Position numbers and translations under genes: made by a program
Assembly (NCBI GenBank): GCA_963845425.1
Contig: CAWJSC010000012.1
Span: 10,352 to 74,351, forward strand
From: an uncultured Microthrixaceae bacterium
GTDB lineage: Bacteria; Actinomycetota; Acidimicrobiia; Acidimicrobiales; DATDAH01
Length of the DNA: 64,000 bases
Direction: 5' to 3'
Part shown: one piece after another, positions 63,620-64,000 of the stretch
How positions within the stretch are numbered: the first letter of the stretch is position 1
How the letters are laid out: every line of letters begins with the position of its first letter
Notes under the pieces: generated by a model
Told to the model about the DNA's origin: nothing
What the model saw: the letters and a program-made list of their open reading frames with translations, nothing else
Databases searched by the model: none

Positions 63620-64000
63620 CCAAAATGTGCCTCTGACCTGGGTCGATGCGCTTGCGCATCGGCCCAGGCCGCGCTCAGGCCGCGGGAGGAAGCGGCAGCG
63701 GCGGTTGCCAAGGTCATGTCCTCGGCCGTCGAGCGACTGGACATCGACGAGATTGCCCCCAACCTCATCGAGGCCTACGAACAGCTCAAAAGGCACCCGG
63801 AACCGACGCTCAGCGGGTTTGCAACTCGGTGCTCGAGCCCGCTGACAACCGCGGGTGGGATCGCAGCGACGTCCGCGAAGGGGGTGGAAGGGCCTGACCG
63901 GCTGCCACGACGTACCCGATCAGGTGGGCCAGGGTCAGCCTGACCGGACATCGCGTCGAACCGGGGGCATGAACTGCCCCGTTCGGGGTAGGCCCTTGTC

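Overview
High-GC actinobacterial chromosome segment; gene content and protein style suggest Acidimicrobiia (inference). It is mostly core metabolism: a purine/pyrimidine cluster (purA end, purD, purE, purB, purC, purS, purQ, purL, purF, purM, pyrE), acyl-CoA carboxylase beta/epsilon, a polyamine ABC importer with aminobutyraldehyde dehydrogenase, a B12 acyl-CoA mutase, ask-asd, tRNA-Pro(CGG), an ArsA pair with nfeD and whiB, selA-selB, a circularly permuted ATP-grasp/alpha-E/transglutaminase operon, a cupredoxin with a two-component system, Fe-S genes, and glnR with three glutamine synthetases. I saw no integrase, transposase, cas gene or CRISPR array. The most unusual signals are: (1) selA and selB share a reading frame separated by one UGA, and selB has no canonical start codon; (2) structured intergenic inserts carry chains of stop/start-overlapping mini-ORFs (glnA2 to glnR, carboxylase beta to epsilon); (3) two families of interspersed structured repeats; (4) a miniaturised 2Fe-2S/Moco-hydroxylase fusion; (5) a candidate RGR-motif nucleoid protein and a Zn-finger repeat protein interrupting the pur cluster; (6) an aldehyde dehydrogenase broken by an exact 7-bp duplication. 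All calls come from reading motifs by eye; no database searches were run.
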